Shown here in pieces: positions 18,463-25,929 of a stretch of DNA of 57,077 nucleotides. The first letter of the stretch is position 1, and the number at the start of each line of letters is the position of its first letter. Source of the DNA: an uncultured Candidatus Saccharibacteria bacterium (GTDB taxonomy: Bacteria > Patescibacteriota > Minisyncoccia > UBA6257 > 2-01-FULL-56-20); assembly GCA_964360585.1 (NCBI GenBank), contig CAYHXC010000009.1, forward strand, positions 1-57,077. The letters run 5' to 3'. The position numbers were made by a program, and so were the translations under genes. The notes beneath the pieces were generated by a model that saw only the letters and a program-made list of their open reading frames with translations, made no database searches and was not told the origin of the DNA.

Positions 18463-19098
18463 ATGAAAGGGATTAAAGAGGTGGTATTGGCCTTGGTCCC
18501 GATATTGGCGTTTTTGGCAATTCTTTGGCTCATGCTCTTGAGCCTGAAAGCTGAAGAAGCTCACTGCCAGATTCTTACGACAGCGGAAACCTTGGGATCG
18601 GGAAAGCAGGCTGTCCTTCTCACCGAGAACCACCAGTTCGTTGATGGGGTTCACTTGAACGTCGCTTATGTCCAATACATCCGAGGGCTCAGTGACCGTT
18701 TCGATCTCTACCTGATTGCGGGTGAAACGAACGTAAAAAAGAAAGCTCAAGCTTGGCTTGGAATTGGTGGAAACTTTAACCTTTTTCAAGTACAAGGTTT
18801 TGACACGTCTCTTTTCAACACTATTGCTCTGCCGATCAATGCCCGAGATCAATCCTCGACAGTTCTCTTGAATACGGCTTTTGTCATAAGTCGTGGATTC
18901 GAGAAGTTGACACCCTATGCAGGAGTGAGCGCTCTTGTTCCGATCGGAGCAAGAAATCGAGGATTCTTCACGCCAATCCGAGAAGAGGTCAATGTTCCCT
19001 TGGGAATCTTTGTTCCTTGGAGACAGTGGGGAGTCTTTCTTGAAGGTGATGTTGGGCACCTTAGCGCTGTAGGAGTTGGCATCTCTTACGGATTTTAA
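18463..19098 (+). CDS. Secreted beta-barrel-like protein (211 aa) ending in an aromatic C-terminal residue
   Basis: SD GGAG lies upstream of the ATG. It has a signal peptide (ALVPILAFLAILWLMLLSLKA), alternating hydrophobic strands, the C-terminus VGVGISYGF, and a strong terminator downstream. The antisense ORF at 18391-19059 is rejected. Confidence 0.7.
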   Translation: MKGIKEVVLALVPILAFLAILWLMLLSLKAEEAHCQILTTAETLGSGKQAVLLTENHQFVDGVHLNVAYVQYIRGLSDRFDLYLIAGETNVKKKAQAWLGIGGNFNLFQVQGFDTSLFNTIALPINARDQSSTVLLNTAFVISRGFEKLTPYAGVSALVPIGARNRGFFTPIREEVNVPLGIFVPWRQWGVFLEGDVGHLSAVGVGISYGF

Positions 19099-19110
19099 GG
19101 GAAGACGACG

Positions 19111-19141
19111 CCAGACCTAAATGAAAGGTCTGGTTTTTTTA
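19111..19141 (+). terminator. Rho-independent terminator
   Basis: CCAGACC-taaatgaaa-GGTCTGG followed by TTTTTTT. Confidence 0.8.
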
Positions 19142-19229
19142 CTTTTCTTTCTGTTTAATCGAAATTATCACAGCTGCCTTCTTGTGGCATGCCAGGCCGA
19201 CAATCGTTCTGTCAGTCTTCAGTATCTCG

Positions 19230-19275
19230 CTCCTCGCGGATATGGTAGCTAAAAGCCTCGGCGATCGATAGCGAG
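19230..19275 (-). repeat. Relic copy 1 of the comM 3' end
   Basis: The minus-strand translation is SLSIAEAFSYHIREE. 28 of the first 35 nt are identical to the true comM end at 19942-19976. Confidence 0.7.
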
Positions 19276-19287
19276 AATAAAACTTTT

Positions 19288-19566
19288 CTACTTTGAACTA
19301 ATAGAAATCTTTACTCGGGCGTCGAGCGCACTGGCAACTTTGTAGAGAAAAGACAAACTTGGATTGTATCTCCCCGACTCGAATCGGGAAATAGCTTCCT
19401 GCTGAGTTCCTATCTTGCGCGCGAGTTCTCGCTGACTCATATGCTTGGCAAGCCTGGTTTTTATGAGAAGGGCAATGATCTCAAATTCAGGGCCCAGTTC
19501 TTCATATGCTCGTCGCACCCCAGGGTTTTTGAGCAGTTCTTTTTTAAATTGCGGATAACTTTTCAT
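19288..19566 (-). CDS. XRE-family HTH antitoxin (HigA-like), copy A
   Basis: Identical to the 16936-17214 ORF. Confidence 0.8.
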   Translation of the reverse strand: MKSYPQFKKELLKNPGVRRAYEELGPEFEIIALLIKTRLAKHMSQRELARKIGTQQEAISRFESGRYNPSLSFLYKVASALDARVKISISSK

Positions 19567-19590
19567 GATGAATAGAACATAACATATGTG

Positions 19591-19905
19591 TTATCTCCTT
19601 TCAAGGAGTCTATATTTCTTCTCAGCCACTTTCATTTCTTTTTGTGGTAAGCGTTGGGATTTCTTAATAAATCCATGAAGGAGCACTGCCTCCCCACCAT
19701 AGAAAGCATAGAAAATTCTGATTTCCTGCTGGCCGCGCACGCGAAGCTCAAAAAGATGTTTACTCACTTTTTTGCTATGCGGCAAGCTAAATTTATGACC
19801 GAACACCTGGAGGAGATCAATAGTGCGAAGGACTCGAACCATTATTTCTTTATCAAGTGTTGAAATAAATCTTTCAACTTTTGCATCAAAAATCTTAACG
19901 TTCAT
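19591..19905 (-). CDS. HigB/Gp49-like (RelE/ParE superfamily) toxin
   Basis: 104 aa. KHLFELRVRGQQEIRIFYAFYGGEAVLLHGFIKKSQRLPQKE is the typical phage-Gp49/HigB pattern. It sits upstream of an HTH partner. Confidence 0.75.
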   Translation of the reverse strand: MNVKIFDAKVERFISTLDKEIMVRVLRTIDLLQVFGHKFSLPHSKKVSKHLFELRVRGQQEIRIFYAFYGGEAVLLHGFIKKSQRLPQKEMKVAEKKYRLLERR

Positions 19906-19938
19906 GGGACGGTTATTTTCTGCGATGCCGTGTCCAGA

Positions 19939-21465
19939 CTACTCCTCTCTAATTCGGTAGCTAAAAGCTTCAGCGACGTGGGGTAGATCCACAATTGTTT
20001 TCTCTTCGAGGTCGGCAATGGTGCGGGCGGTTTTTAATAAACGATAGTAGCCGCGGGGTGAGAGATGGTGTTTTTTCAAAGAGGACATAAAATCTTTGGC
20101 TGCTGGGGTGAGCGGCACAAACTCGTCGACAAGTTTCGAAGACATTTCGGAGTTTACATGAATAGGAAGCGCGCGGAATCGTTCTTTTTGGACTTCGCGA
20201 ACTTTTTCGACCGCCGCTCGAATACAGGGCGTTTCTTTGGGTCGCTCCCCTCTCTTTTGCAGTTCGTCGATGGCGACGCGCGAGACCTTCACCTGTAAAT
20301 CAATCCGGTCCAAAAGCGGCCCCGAGATTTTTTTCTGATAACGAATAATCTCATAGGCGCCACAACGACATTCTTTTTCTTGATCGCCATAAAATCCGCA
20401 AGGACAGGGGTTCATAGCGGCGACCAATGTGAAACGGGCCGGAAAGGACAGTGTCCCTTTGGCGCGCGCGATTGTAACCGAGCCGCTTTCGAGCGGCTGA
20501 CGAAGTGATTCCAAAGCGCTCCTTTGGAACTCCGGGACTTCGTCTAGAAACAAAACGCCGCGATGAGCCAGACTAATCTCCCCAGGCTTGGGTTGAGGTC
20601 CGCCGCCGACCAGGGCAATTAAGGAGGCGGTATGATGCGGCGCGCGAAATGGCCGCTCGGTCACGAGGCCAGGCAAAACAGTGCCGGAAGCACTTCGAAT
20701 TTTTGTGACCTCAATCGCCTCCTCCAAATTAAGCGATGGCAAGATTCCTGAAAGCGCTTGTGCCAGTAAACTTTTCCCTACTCCCGGCGAACCAACGAGC
20801 AAGACATTATGTCCTCCCGCCGCCGCAATAGTTAAGGCGCGTTTGGCATGCTCCTGTCCTTTGATCTCTGAAAAATCAATCTCATTCCCCCGCTCTCGTT
20901 CGTGAATTGAAAAAATAGTCGGAGGAAGAATTTCTTTAGCTTCGAGATGCAGAACTAAACTTTGCAGAGTTGGAATCGCGGTAATCGTAAGATTTTTTAT
21001 GACCGATGCCTCGCGGGCATTTTCTTCCGGCAGATAGAGTTCGGAAAATCCTAAACGCTTGGCCATCTCGGCGATACTTAAGGCGCCGACGATTGGTCGC
21101 ACCCGTCCATCAAGCGCCAACTCTCCAATGAATAATTTATTCTTTGTTTCAAAAGGCGCAATCTGTTCAGTCGCGCGAAGATAACCGAGGGCTAAGGCCA
21201 GATCATATTGCGAGCCAGATTTTTTCACATCGGCCGGCGCGAGATTTACGGTGATGCGGCGATTCTCGCGGTTCGGCGGTTTGACGCCAGAATTTTTTAA
21301 AGCGGAGTTCACTCGTTCACGCGCTTCGTTCAACGCCTTGTCCGCGAGACCAACAATAGTAAAAGCATGGAGGCCGACATTTAAATCAACTTCCACTTCG
21401 ATGAGGCGCGCATCAACGCCTTCAAGCTCCGCGGAATAAACCGTGGCCAGGCTATGAATACTCAC
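19939..21465 (-). CDS. comM: Mg-chelatase-like AAA+ protein ComM/YifB
   Basis: 508 aa with an N-terminal Lon-like domain, Walker A LLVGSPGVGKS, Walker B VLFLDEVPEF, and the Cys cluster NPCPCGFYGD...CRC. Confidence 0.9.
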   Translation of the reverse strand: MSIHSLATVYSAELEGVDARLIEVEVDLNVGLHAFTIVGLADKALNEARERVNSALKNSGVKPPNRENRRITVNLAPADVKKSGSQYDLALALGYLRATEQIAPFETKNKLFIGELALDGRVRPIVGALSIAEMAKRLGFSELYLPEENAREASVIKNLTITAIPTLQSLVLHLEAKEILPPTIFSIHERERGNEIDFSEIKGQEHAKRALTIAAAGGHNVLLVGSPGVGKSLLAQALSGILPSLNLEEAIEVTKIRSASGTVLPGLVTERPFRAPHHTASLIALVGGGPQPKPGEISLAHRGVLFLDEVPEFQRSALESLRQPLESGSVTIARAKGTLSFPARFTLVAAMNPCPCGFYGDQEKECRCGAYEIIRYQKKISGPLLDRIDLQVKVSRVAIDELQKRGERPKETPCIRAAVEKVREVQKERFRALPIHVNSEMSSKLVDEFVPLTPAAKDFMSSLKKHHLSPRGYYRLLKTARTIADLEEKTIVDLPHVAEAFSYRIREE

Positions 21466-21492
21466 CGATTCTTTCCGGAGAAAGAAATTAAA

Positions 21493-21840
21493 TTAAGCGT
21501 GTCCTTTTTTACACTCAGCGCACAGGATTGATTCCGGCGCAGCTTGGAGAACTTTCTCATCAATTTCATTTCCACACTCTTCGCAGATACCGTAAGTGCC
21601 GTTTTCAATTTTTTCCAGGGCCTCGTCAACTTGATTCAAGCGCTCGCGCAAAGTGTCGCCAACGGAAAGTTGGTTTTCCAGTTCTTCGGCTTCGTCAGCC
21701 TCGCCATCCAAGTCCTCTACACCCTCGCCAAAATCAGGCGATGTTCCTTGCTTCTCCACCTCGTCTGAAAGTTTTTTCCGCTCGATCTCAAGAATCTGTT
21801 TATATTTTCCTACCTTTTCCGTGCTTAGCATACGTACCAT
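21493..21840 (-). CDS. DksA/TraR-family C4 zinc-finger protein
   Basis: GTYGICEECGNEIDEKVLQAAPESILCAECK preceded by an acidic coiled-coil. Start placed at an internal ATG (21840 or 21831). Confidence 0.8.
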   Translation of the reverse strand: MVRMLSTEKVGKYKQILEIERKKLSDEVEKQGTSPDFGEGVEDLDGEADEAEELENQLSVGDTLRERLNQVDEALEKIENGTYGICEECGNEIDEKVLQAAPESILCAECKKGHA

Positions 21841-22103
21841 TCTATAAGTGAGTTTATGAAAAAGCAATTTAAACGCCAGGAAGGGGATCAGTTTTTCTAA
21901 GAAGAGTATATACGACCTTTTTGTCCAAACATTTTGCACTGCCTCGTCTGGGCGACAAACATATTTGTGTATCATAGGAAGGAGTAATATAGTTGTCAAC
22001 TATTAACAACTATGTGCTATATTACCATAGAGAATCAGCTTCCTATTCCGGCAATGTTGCCGTATATACTTTTGACAAACACTTTTGTTTATCAAAACTA
22101 GAA

Positions 22104-22393
22104 TGTTTAGCGCTAAACATTCCAAAAGTACGAATCTGTGGATAAAATGTTTAGCGACAAACATTTTACTCATAAATAGCCACCAAAAAGACTCCATATA
22201 TAGAAGAATTGTTTAGCGCTAAACAATTTGTCCAAAAACAGGAACTTTTTGAACACTCAATATTATAAGAATGTTTAGCGACAAACATTATAGGCTCAAT
22301 CGAATGGCTCATTCGATCGATCGAGCCATTAAAATGTTTAGCGCTAAACATTTTATCCCCAGATATTGGCATGAAATTGTTTAGCGCTAAACA
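22104..22393. promoter_or_regulatory. Array of six 16-bp palindromes, TGTTTAGCG(C/A)(T/C)AAACA
   Basis: Cores lie at 22104-22119, 22148-22163, 22210-22225, 22272-22287, 22335-22350 and 22378-22393. Centre-to-centre spacings are 44, 62, 62, 63 and 43 bp. The last core ends 8 nt before the yraN ATG. Confidence 0.85.
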
Positions 22394-22401
22394 TTTTGAA
22401 C

Positions 22402-22770
22402 ATGAATGAACATCTGGAAATCGGCAAGATTGGTGAAGATCTAGCTTGCCGTATTATTGCCGGAAAGAAATACCTAGTAATAGAGCGGAATTTTCGTACT
22501 CCCTTCGGAGAGATTGATATTATTGCCGGATATCGGCAAGAATTAGTCTTTTTTGAGGTTAAAACCTTGATAAACAAAAGTGTTTATCAGCTTACCCCAG
22601 AGGACAACTTGACGGTTAGTAAGCTTAGAAAGTTACGAAAGACCTGTCTTTGGTTTGCCAACAAGCATCCAGAGCACTTCATGGATAAGACCGGATGGAG
22701 AATTGATCTTCTAGCCCTCTCTCTTCAAGACGACATTTGTAGATATAAACACTACAAGAACATTGGGTAA
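22402..22770 (+). CDS. yraN: YraN-family (UPF0102) endonuclease-like protein
   Basis: GKIGEDLACRIIAGKKYLVIERNFRTPFGEIDIIAGYRQELVFFEVKT is the canonical YraN core. ATG at 22402. Confidence 0.85.
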   Translation: MNEHLEIGKIGEDLACRIIAGKKYLVIERNFRTPFGEIDIIAGYRQELVFFEVKTLINKSVYQLTPEDNLTVSKLRKLRKTCLWFANKHPEHFMDKTGWRIDLLALSLQDDICRYKHYKNIG

Positions 22771-22908
22771 ATCCTGCGCCCCGTTTGCTCCGTAGAGGAG
22801 TCTCGTTCTGGCTTGCCGCTACGCCCCTCAGATCGTGGCGAAAAAAAACAAGCCGGAGCCTTTGACAAGATGGCTACTTATGATAATGTAGATAAGGTCG
22901 ATAGTGTC

Positions 22909-22931
22909 ATCCGCTTAGAAGCGGATTTTTT
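22909..22931 (+). terminator. Rho-independent terminator between yraN and nusA
   Basis: ATCCGCTT-AG-AAGCGGAT followed by TTTTT. Confidence 0.65.
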
Positions 22932-22961
22932 AAATAAAAGACTTCTCGACAGTGAACTTAA

Positions 22962-23074
22962 TCCCGTTAGAAGCCGCGATCGCTTCTGCGAGATGAGGAT
23001 AGTAATAAAAATTTAATAGTCGAATTAATTATAAAAGAGCAGATTACATTGATCGCGATCTGCTTCTAACGGGA
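22962..23074 (+). repeat. Long-range hairpin cassette ending on the A of the nusA ATG
   Basis: The left arm tcccgttagaagccgcgatcgc (22962-22983) pairs with the right arm gatcgcgatctgcttctaacggga (23051-23074). The AT-rich loop contains aatagtcgaa. A near-identical element lies at 47759-47872. Confidence 0.8.
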
Positions 23075-24303
23075 TGAATCTAAAAGATCTTGGAAAAGCA
23101 ATTCAGCAGGTCGCTGACGAGAAGGGGCTTTCAGCTGATAAAGTACTTGAGGCTGTCGAAGCGGCGATTGCTTCGGCATATAAAAAAGAATATGGGAAAA
23201 GGGGAGAGGTGATTAAATCCAAACTTGATCCAAAAAGCGGCGAGATGTCTTTCTCACTCGTTAAAATTATTGTTGATGAGAGCACGGTGCGTATGGTCGA
23301 GGAGGGGGAAGAGCCGGAAGTATATGAACCGCGACGGCGCGATGATGAAATACTTTCCGAAGAAGATCATTTGCCCCGCTATAATCCGGAGCGCCATTTG
23401 ATGATCGAAGATGCCAAAAAAGAATTTCCAGGAAAAAAATTTGAGCTTGGTGAAGAGGTAACATTTCCGCTTGAGTTGCACGAAGATTTTGGCCGCATTG
23501 CGGCGCAGGCCGCGAAGCAGGTTATTTTACAGCGTCTTCGCGAGTCGGAGCGCGATTCTATTTTAAACGAATGGCGAAACAAGGAAGGACAAATTGTGAG
23601 TGGTGTGGTTCAGCGCTTTGAGCGGGGCCATGTCTATATCGATCTTGGCCGGGCAGTTGGCGTTATGTTTGCCAACGAATCAATTCCAAATGAACACTAC
23701 CGACCGGGCGAACGGTTGCGATTTTTGGTTTTGGCGGTTCAGGAAGACACGCGACTGCCGGGAATTATTCTTTCGCGATCACATCCGAATTTTGTGAGCA
23801 AGTTGTTCGAGATGGAAGTTCCGGAAATTTCGGATAAAACGGTGGAGATAAAATCCATCGCTCGCGAAGCGGGGAGTCGTACGAAAATTGCCGTTGCGTC
23901 ACATGTCGACGGCGTTGATCCAGTTGGTGCTTGTGTTGGTCAGCGAGGAACGCGCGTCATGGCGGTAAACAACGAACTTGGTCAGGAAAAAATTGATATT
24001 ATCGAGTGGTCGGAAGATCCGGAGAAATTTATCGGCAGTTCGGTTTCTCCAGCCAAAGCCAAGAGCGTTGAGATTTTGCCGCGACGCGAAGCGAGAGTCT
24101 ATGTGGCTGACGATCAGTTAAGTTTGGCGATTGGCCGAGGCGGGCAAAACGTCCGACTGGCGGCGAAGCTGACCGGCTGGAAGATTGATGTACGTTCGCA
24201 GGCTCGACCAGAAGAAGAGCAGGAAGGGGGTACTGCTGGAGACCTTGAGGCGACGGCCGCTCCGGAAGGAGCCGATGTTCCGCCAGACGAACAGGATGAT
24301 TAG
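23074..24303 (+). CDS. nusA: Transcription termination/antitermination factor NusA
   Basis: 409 aa with an N-terminal domain, an S1 domain (GQIVSGVVQRFERGHVYIDLG), two KH domains (GACVGQRGTRV, AIGRGGQNVRLA), and an acidic tail. Confidence 0.92.
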   Translation: MNLKDLGKAIQQVADEKGLSADKVLEAVEAAIASAYKKEYGKRGEVIKSKLDPKSGEMSFSLVKIIVDESTVRMVEEGEEPEVYEPRRRDDEILSEEDHLPRYNPERHLMIEDAKKEFPGKKFELGEEVTFPLELHEDFGRIAAQAAKQVILQRLRESERDSILNEWRNKEGQIVSGVVQRFERGHVYIDLGRAVGVMFANESIPNEHYRPGERLRFLVLAVQEDTRLPGIILSRSHPNFVSKLFEMEVPEISDKTVEIKSIAREAGSRTKIAVASHVDGVDPVGACVGQRGTRVMAVNNELGQEKIDIIEWSEDPEKFIGSSVSPAKAKSVEILPRREARVYVADDQLSLAIGRGGQNVRLAAKLTGWKIDVRSQARPEEEQEGGTAGDLEATAAPEGADVPPDEQDD

Positions 24304-24344
24304 GCACTGATAACTAATAAAGGACGAAGAATTAATAACAAATA

Positions 24345-24407
24345 ATCCCGACGTATAATTTAAAATAGTCGAACAAAGAAGTCGGGATCCCGACCGTAGC
24401 GTCGGGA
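24345..24407 (+). repeat. Overlapping alternative hairpins upstream of ppa, with TATAAT and AATAGTCGAA in the loop
   Basis: atcccgac (24345-52) pairs with gtcgggat (24381-88). tcccgac (24388-94) pairs with gtcggga (24401-07). The loop holds tataat (24354-59) and aatagtcgaa (24364-73). Confidence 0.6.
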
Positions 24408-24424
24408 CTAACCACTGAAACAAT

Positions 24425-24958
24425 ATGTCATTACATAATGTACCAATAGGGGAGAAGGCGCCGGAAAAAGTAAATGCAATTATTGAAATTCCGAAGGGAA
24501 GCCAGAACAAGTATGAGTTTGATGAGAAGCTGGGAGTAATCAAACTTGATCGGGTGCTTTATTCGCCATTTCACTATCCTGTCGACTACGGTTTTATCCC
24601 GGAGACTCGCTCAGAGGATGGTGATCACTTGGATGCTTTAGTGCTCGGCAACGATCCTTTATTTTCTGGGTGCCTTGTGGAGATTCGTCCGATTGGCATG
24701 TTGAAGATGATTGATTCGGGAGAGCGAGATTCAAAAATTTTATCTGTACCGACAAAAGATCCGCGATTCGAGACAATTAAGGATTTAGCCGATGTGGAAA
24801 AATATAATCCGCACCTTTTGAAGGAAATTGTGCACATGTTTGAACACATGAAGGATTTACAGGGAAAGAAAGTGGAAGTGGAAGGTTGGGAGAATGCCGA
24901 AGTTGCGAAGAAAGAAATTCTTGATGCAATGGAGATGTTCAAGAAAGAATCGAAGTAA
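24425..24958 (+). CDS. ppa: Inorganic pyrophosphatase (family I)
   Basis: IEIPKGSQNKYEFD...YGFIPETRSEDGDHLDALVL are the canonical family-I PPase motifs. Confidence 0.92.
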   Translation: MSLHNVPIGEKAPEKVNAIIEIPKGSQNKYEFDEKLGVIKLDRVLYSPFHYPVDYGFIPETRSEDGDHLDALVLGNDPLFSGCLVEIRPIGMLKMIDSGERDSKILSVPTKDPRFETIKDLADVEKYNPHLLKEIVHMFEHMKDLQGKKVEVEGWENAEVAKKEILDAMEMFKKESK

Positions 24959-25004
24959 AGAATCTAAAGATGTAAACAGTCGAAAAAAAATTATCTTATA
25001 ACCT

Positions 25005-25589
25005 ATGAATTTAATTCCAACAGTTATTGAAAAAGCCCAGTATGGCGAGCGAGCCTACGATATATATTCGCGTCTCTTAAAAGAGCGCATCGTGTTTTTG
25101 GGCGGACCGATTAACGACGCAGTGGCGAATACGGTTATCGCCCAGCTTTTATTTCTCCAGCACGAGGATCCGAAAAAAGATATTCAGCTCTATTTGAACA
25201 CGCCGGGTGGATCGGTCACGGCTGGACTTGCCATCTATGACACCATGCAACACGTGAAGCCGGATATTTCCACAATCTGTGTCGGTATGGCCGCTTCGAT
25301 GGGCGCGGTCTTGCTTGCTGCCGGCGCCGATGGCAAACGCATGACCCTGCCGAACTCCGAAATTTTGCTCCACCAGGTGATGGGTGGCGCCGAAGGTCAG
25401 GCGACCGAAATTGAGATTGCAGCGAAGCAGATCATCCGGGTGAAGCATCGGTTGAACGAAATCTTGGCCAAACATACCGGAAAGAAGCTAGATAAGATTG
25501 AGAAAGATACTGATCGTGATTTTTGGATGACCGCCGAAGAGGCCAAAGAATACGGACTTGTTGATGAAATTATCAAAAAGCGAAAATAA
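25005..25589 (+). CDS. clpP: ATP-dependent Clp protease proteolytic subunit
   Basis: [20 protein letters not shown]...[16 protein letters not shown] (catalytic Ser)...LLHQ (catalytic His). Confidence 0.95.
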   Translation: MNLIPTVIEKAQYGERAYDIYSRLLKERIVFLGGPINDAVANTVIAQLLFLQHEDPKKDIQLYLNTPGGSVTAGLAIYDTMQHVKPDISTICVGMAASMGAVLLAAGADGKRMTLPNSEILLHQVMGGAEGQATEIEIAAKQIIRVKHRLNEILAKHTGKKLDKIEKDTDRDFWMTAEEAKEYGLVDEIIKKRK

Positions 25590-25729
25590 ACAGTCATTTT
25601 ATTTTTAAGCCATCATCTACGTCGTTACGGTTTCCCCGCCTAGACTACGGACGGGCAGGCACTCCGCCAAAGCTTCAGTGAGGTGACCAAGTCTCGTAGC
25701 TAATGGTTCTAAAAGTTAAAGAGAAAAGC

Positions 25730-25758
25730 CGCCGCTTTCGAGAAGCGGCGTTTCTGTT
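25730..25758 (+). terminator. Rho-independent terminator downstream of clpP
   Basis: CGCCGCTT-tcgag-AAGCGGCG followed by TTTCTGTT. Confidence 0.6.
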
Positions 25759-25929
25759 ACAATAAAGCCACATGCAGACCCCATATTAAGAATTCATTTC
25801 TACGAACCATGCCAACATTTTCGACTGCAAAGCCCTCATCCTTCCTCAAAATAGTGTTACTATTCCTTTGTCAGGCTTCGGGCTTTTCGCTCGAAACTCT
25901 TGCAGGTCGTAACGAAAGCAATTTTTAAT

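Noticed and set aside
18391-19059. 222-aa minus-strand ORF
   Set aside because: It is antisense to the beta-barrel-like ORF, which has an SD, a signal peptide and a terminator. The minus-strand product is compositionally odd and lacks an SD.
22137-22145. A perfect DnaA box (TGTGGATAA), suggesting oriC
   Set aside because: There is only one perfect box, plus one single-mismatch box (22353-22361). There is no dnaA/dnaN nearby and no AT-rich DUE repeats. This is insufficient to call an origin, though it is worth re-checking against GC skew.
22003-22577. A CRISPR array, or small ORFs with repeated MF(V/S)AK(H/Q)F peptides
   Set aside because: The repeats are only 16-24 bp, fully palindromic, of two alternating variants, and unevenly spaced at 43-63 bp centre to centre. 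No cas genes are present. The small ORFs simply translate the palindromes.
24029-24543. Minus-strand ORFs 24029-24307 and 24118-24543
   Set aside because: They are antisense to the nusA 3' end and the ppa leader. There are no start signals.
25590-25929. A T-box leader upstream of tyrS
   Set aside because: I could not find the conserved T-box sequence (AGGGTGGTACCGCG-like) or a specifier-loop layout. The region contains a clpP terminator and generic GC-rich repeats instead.
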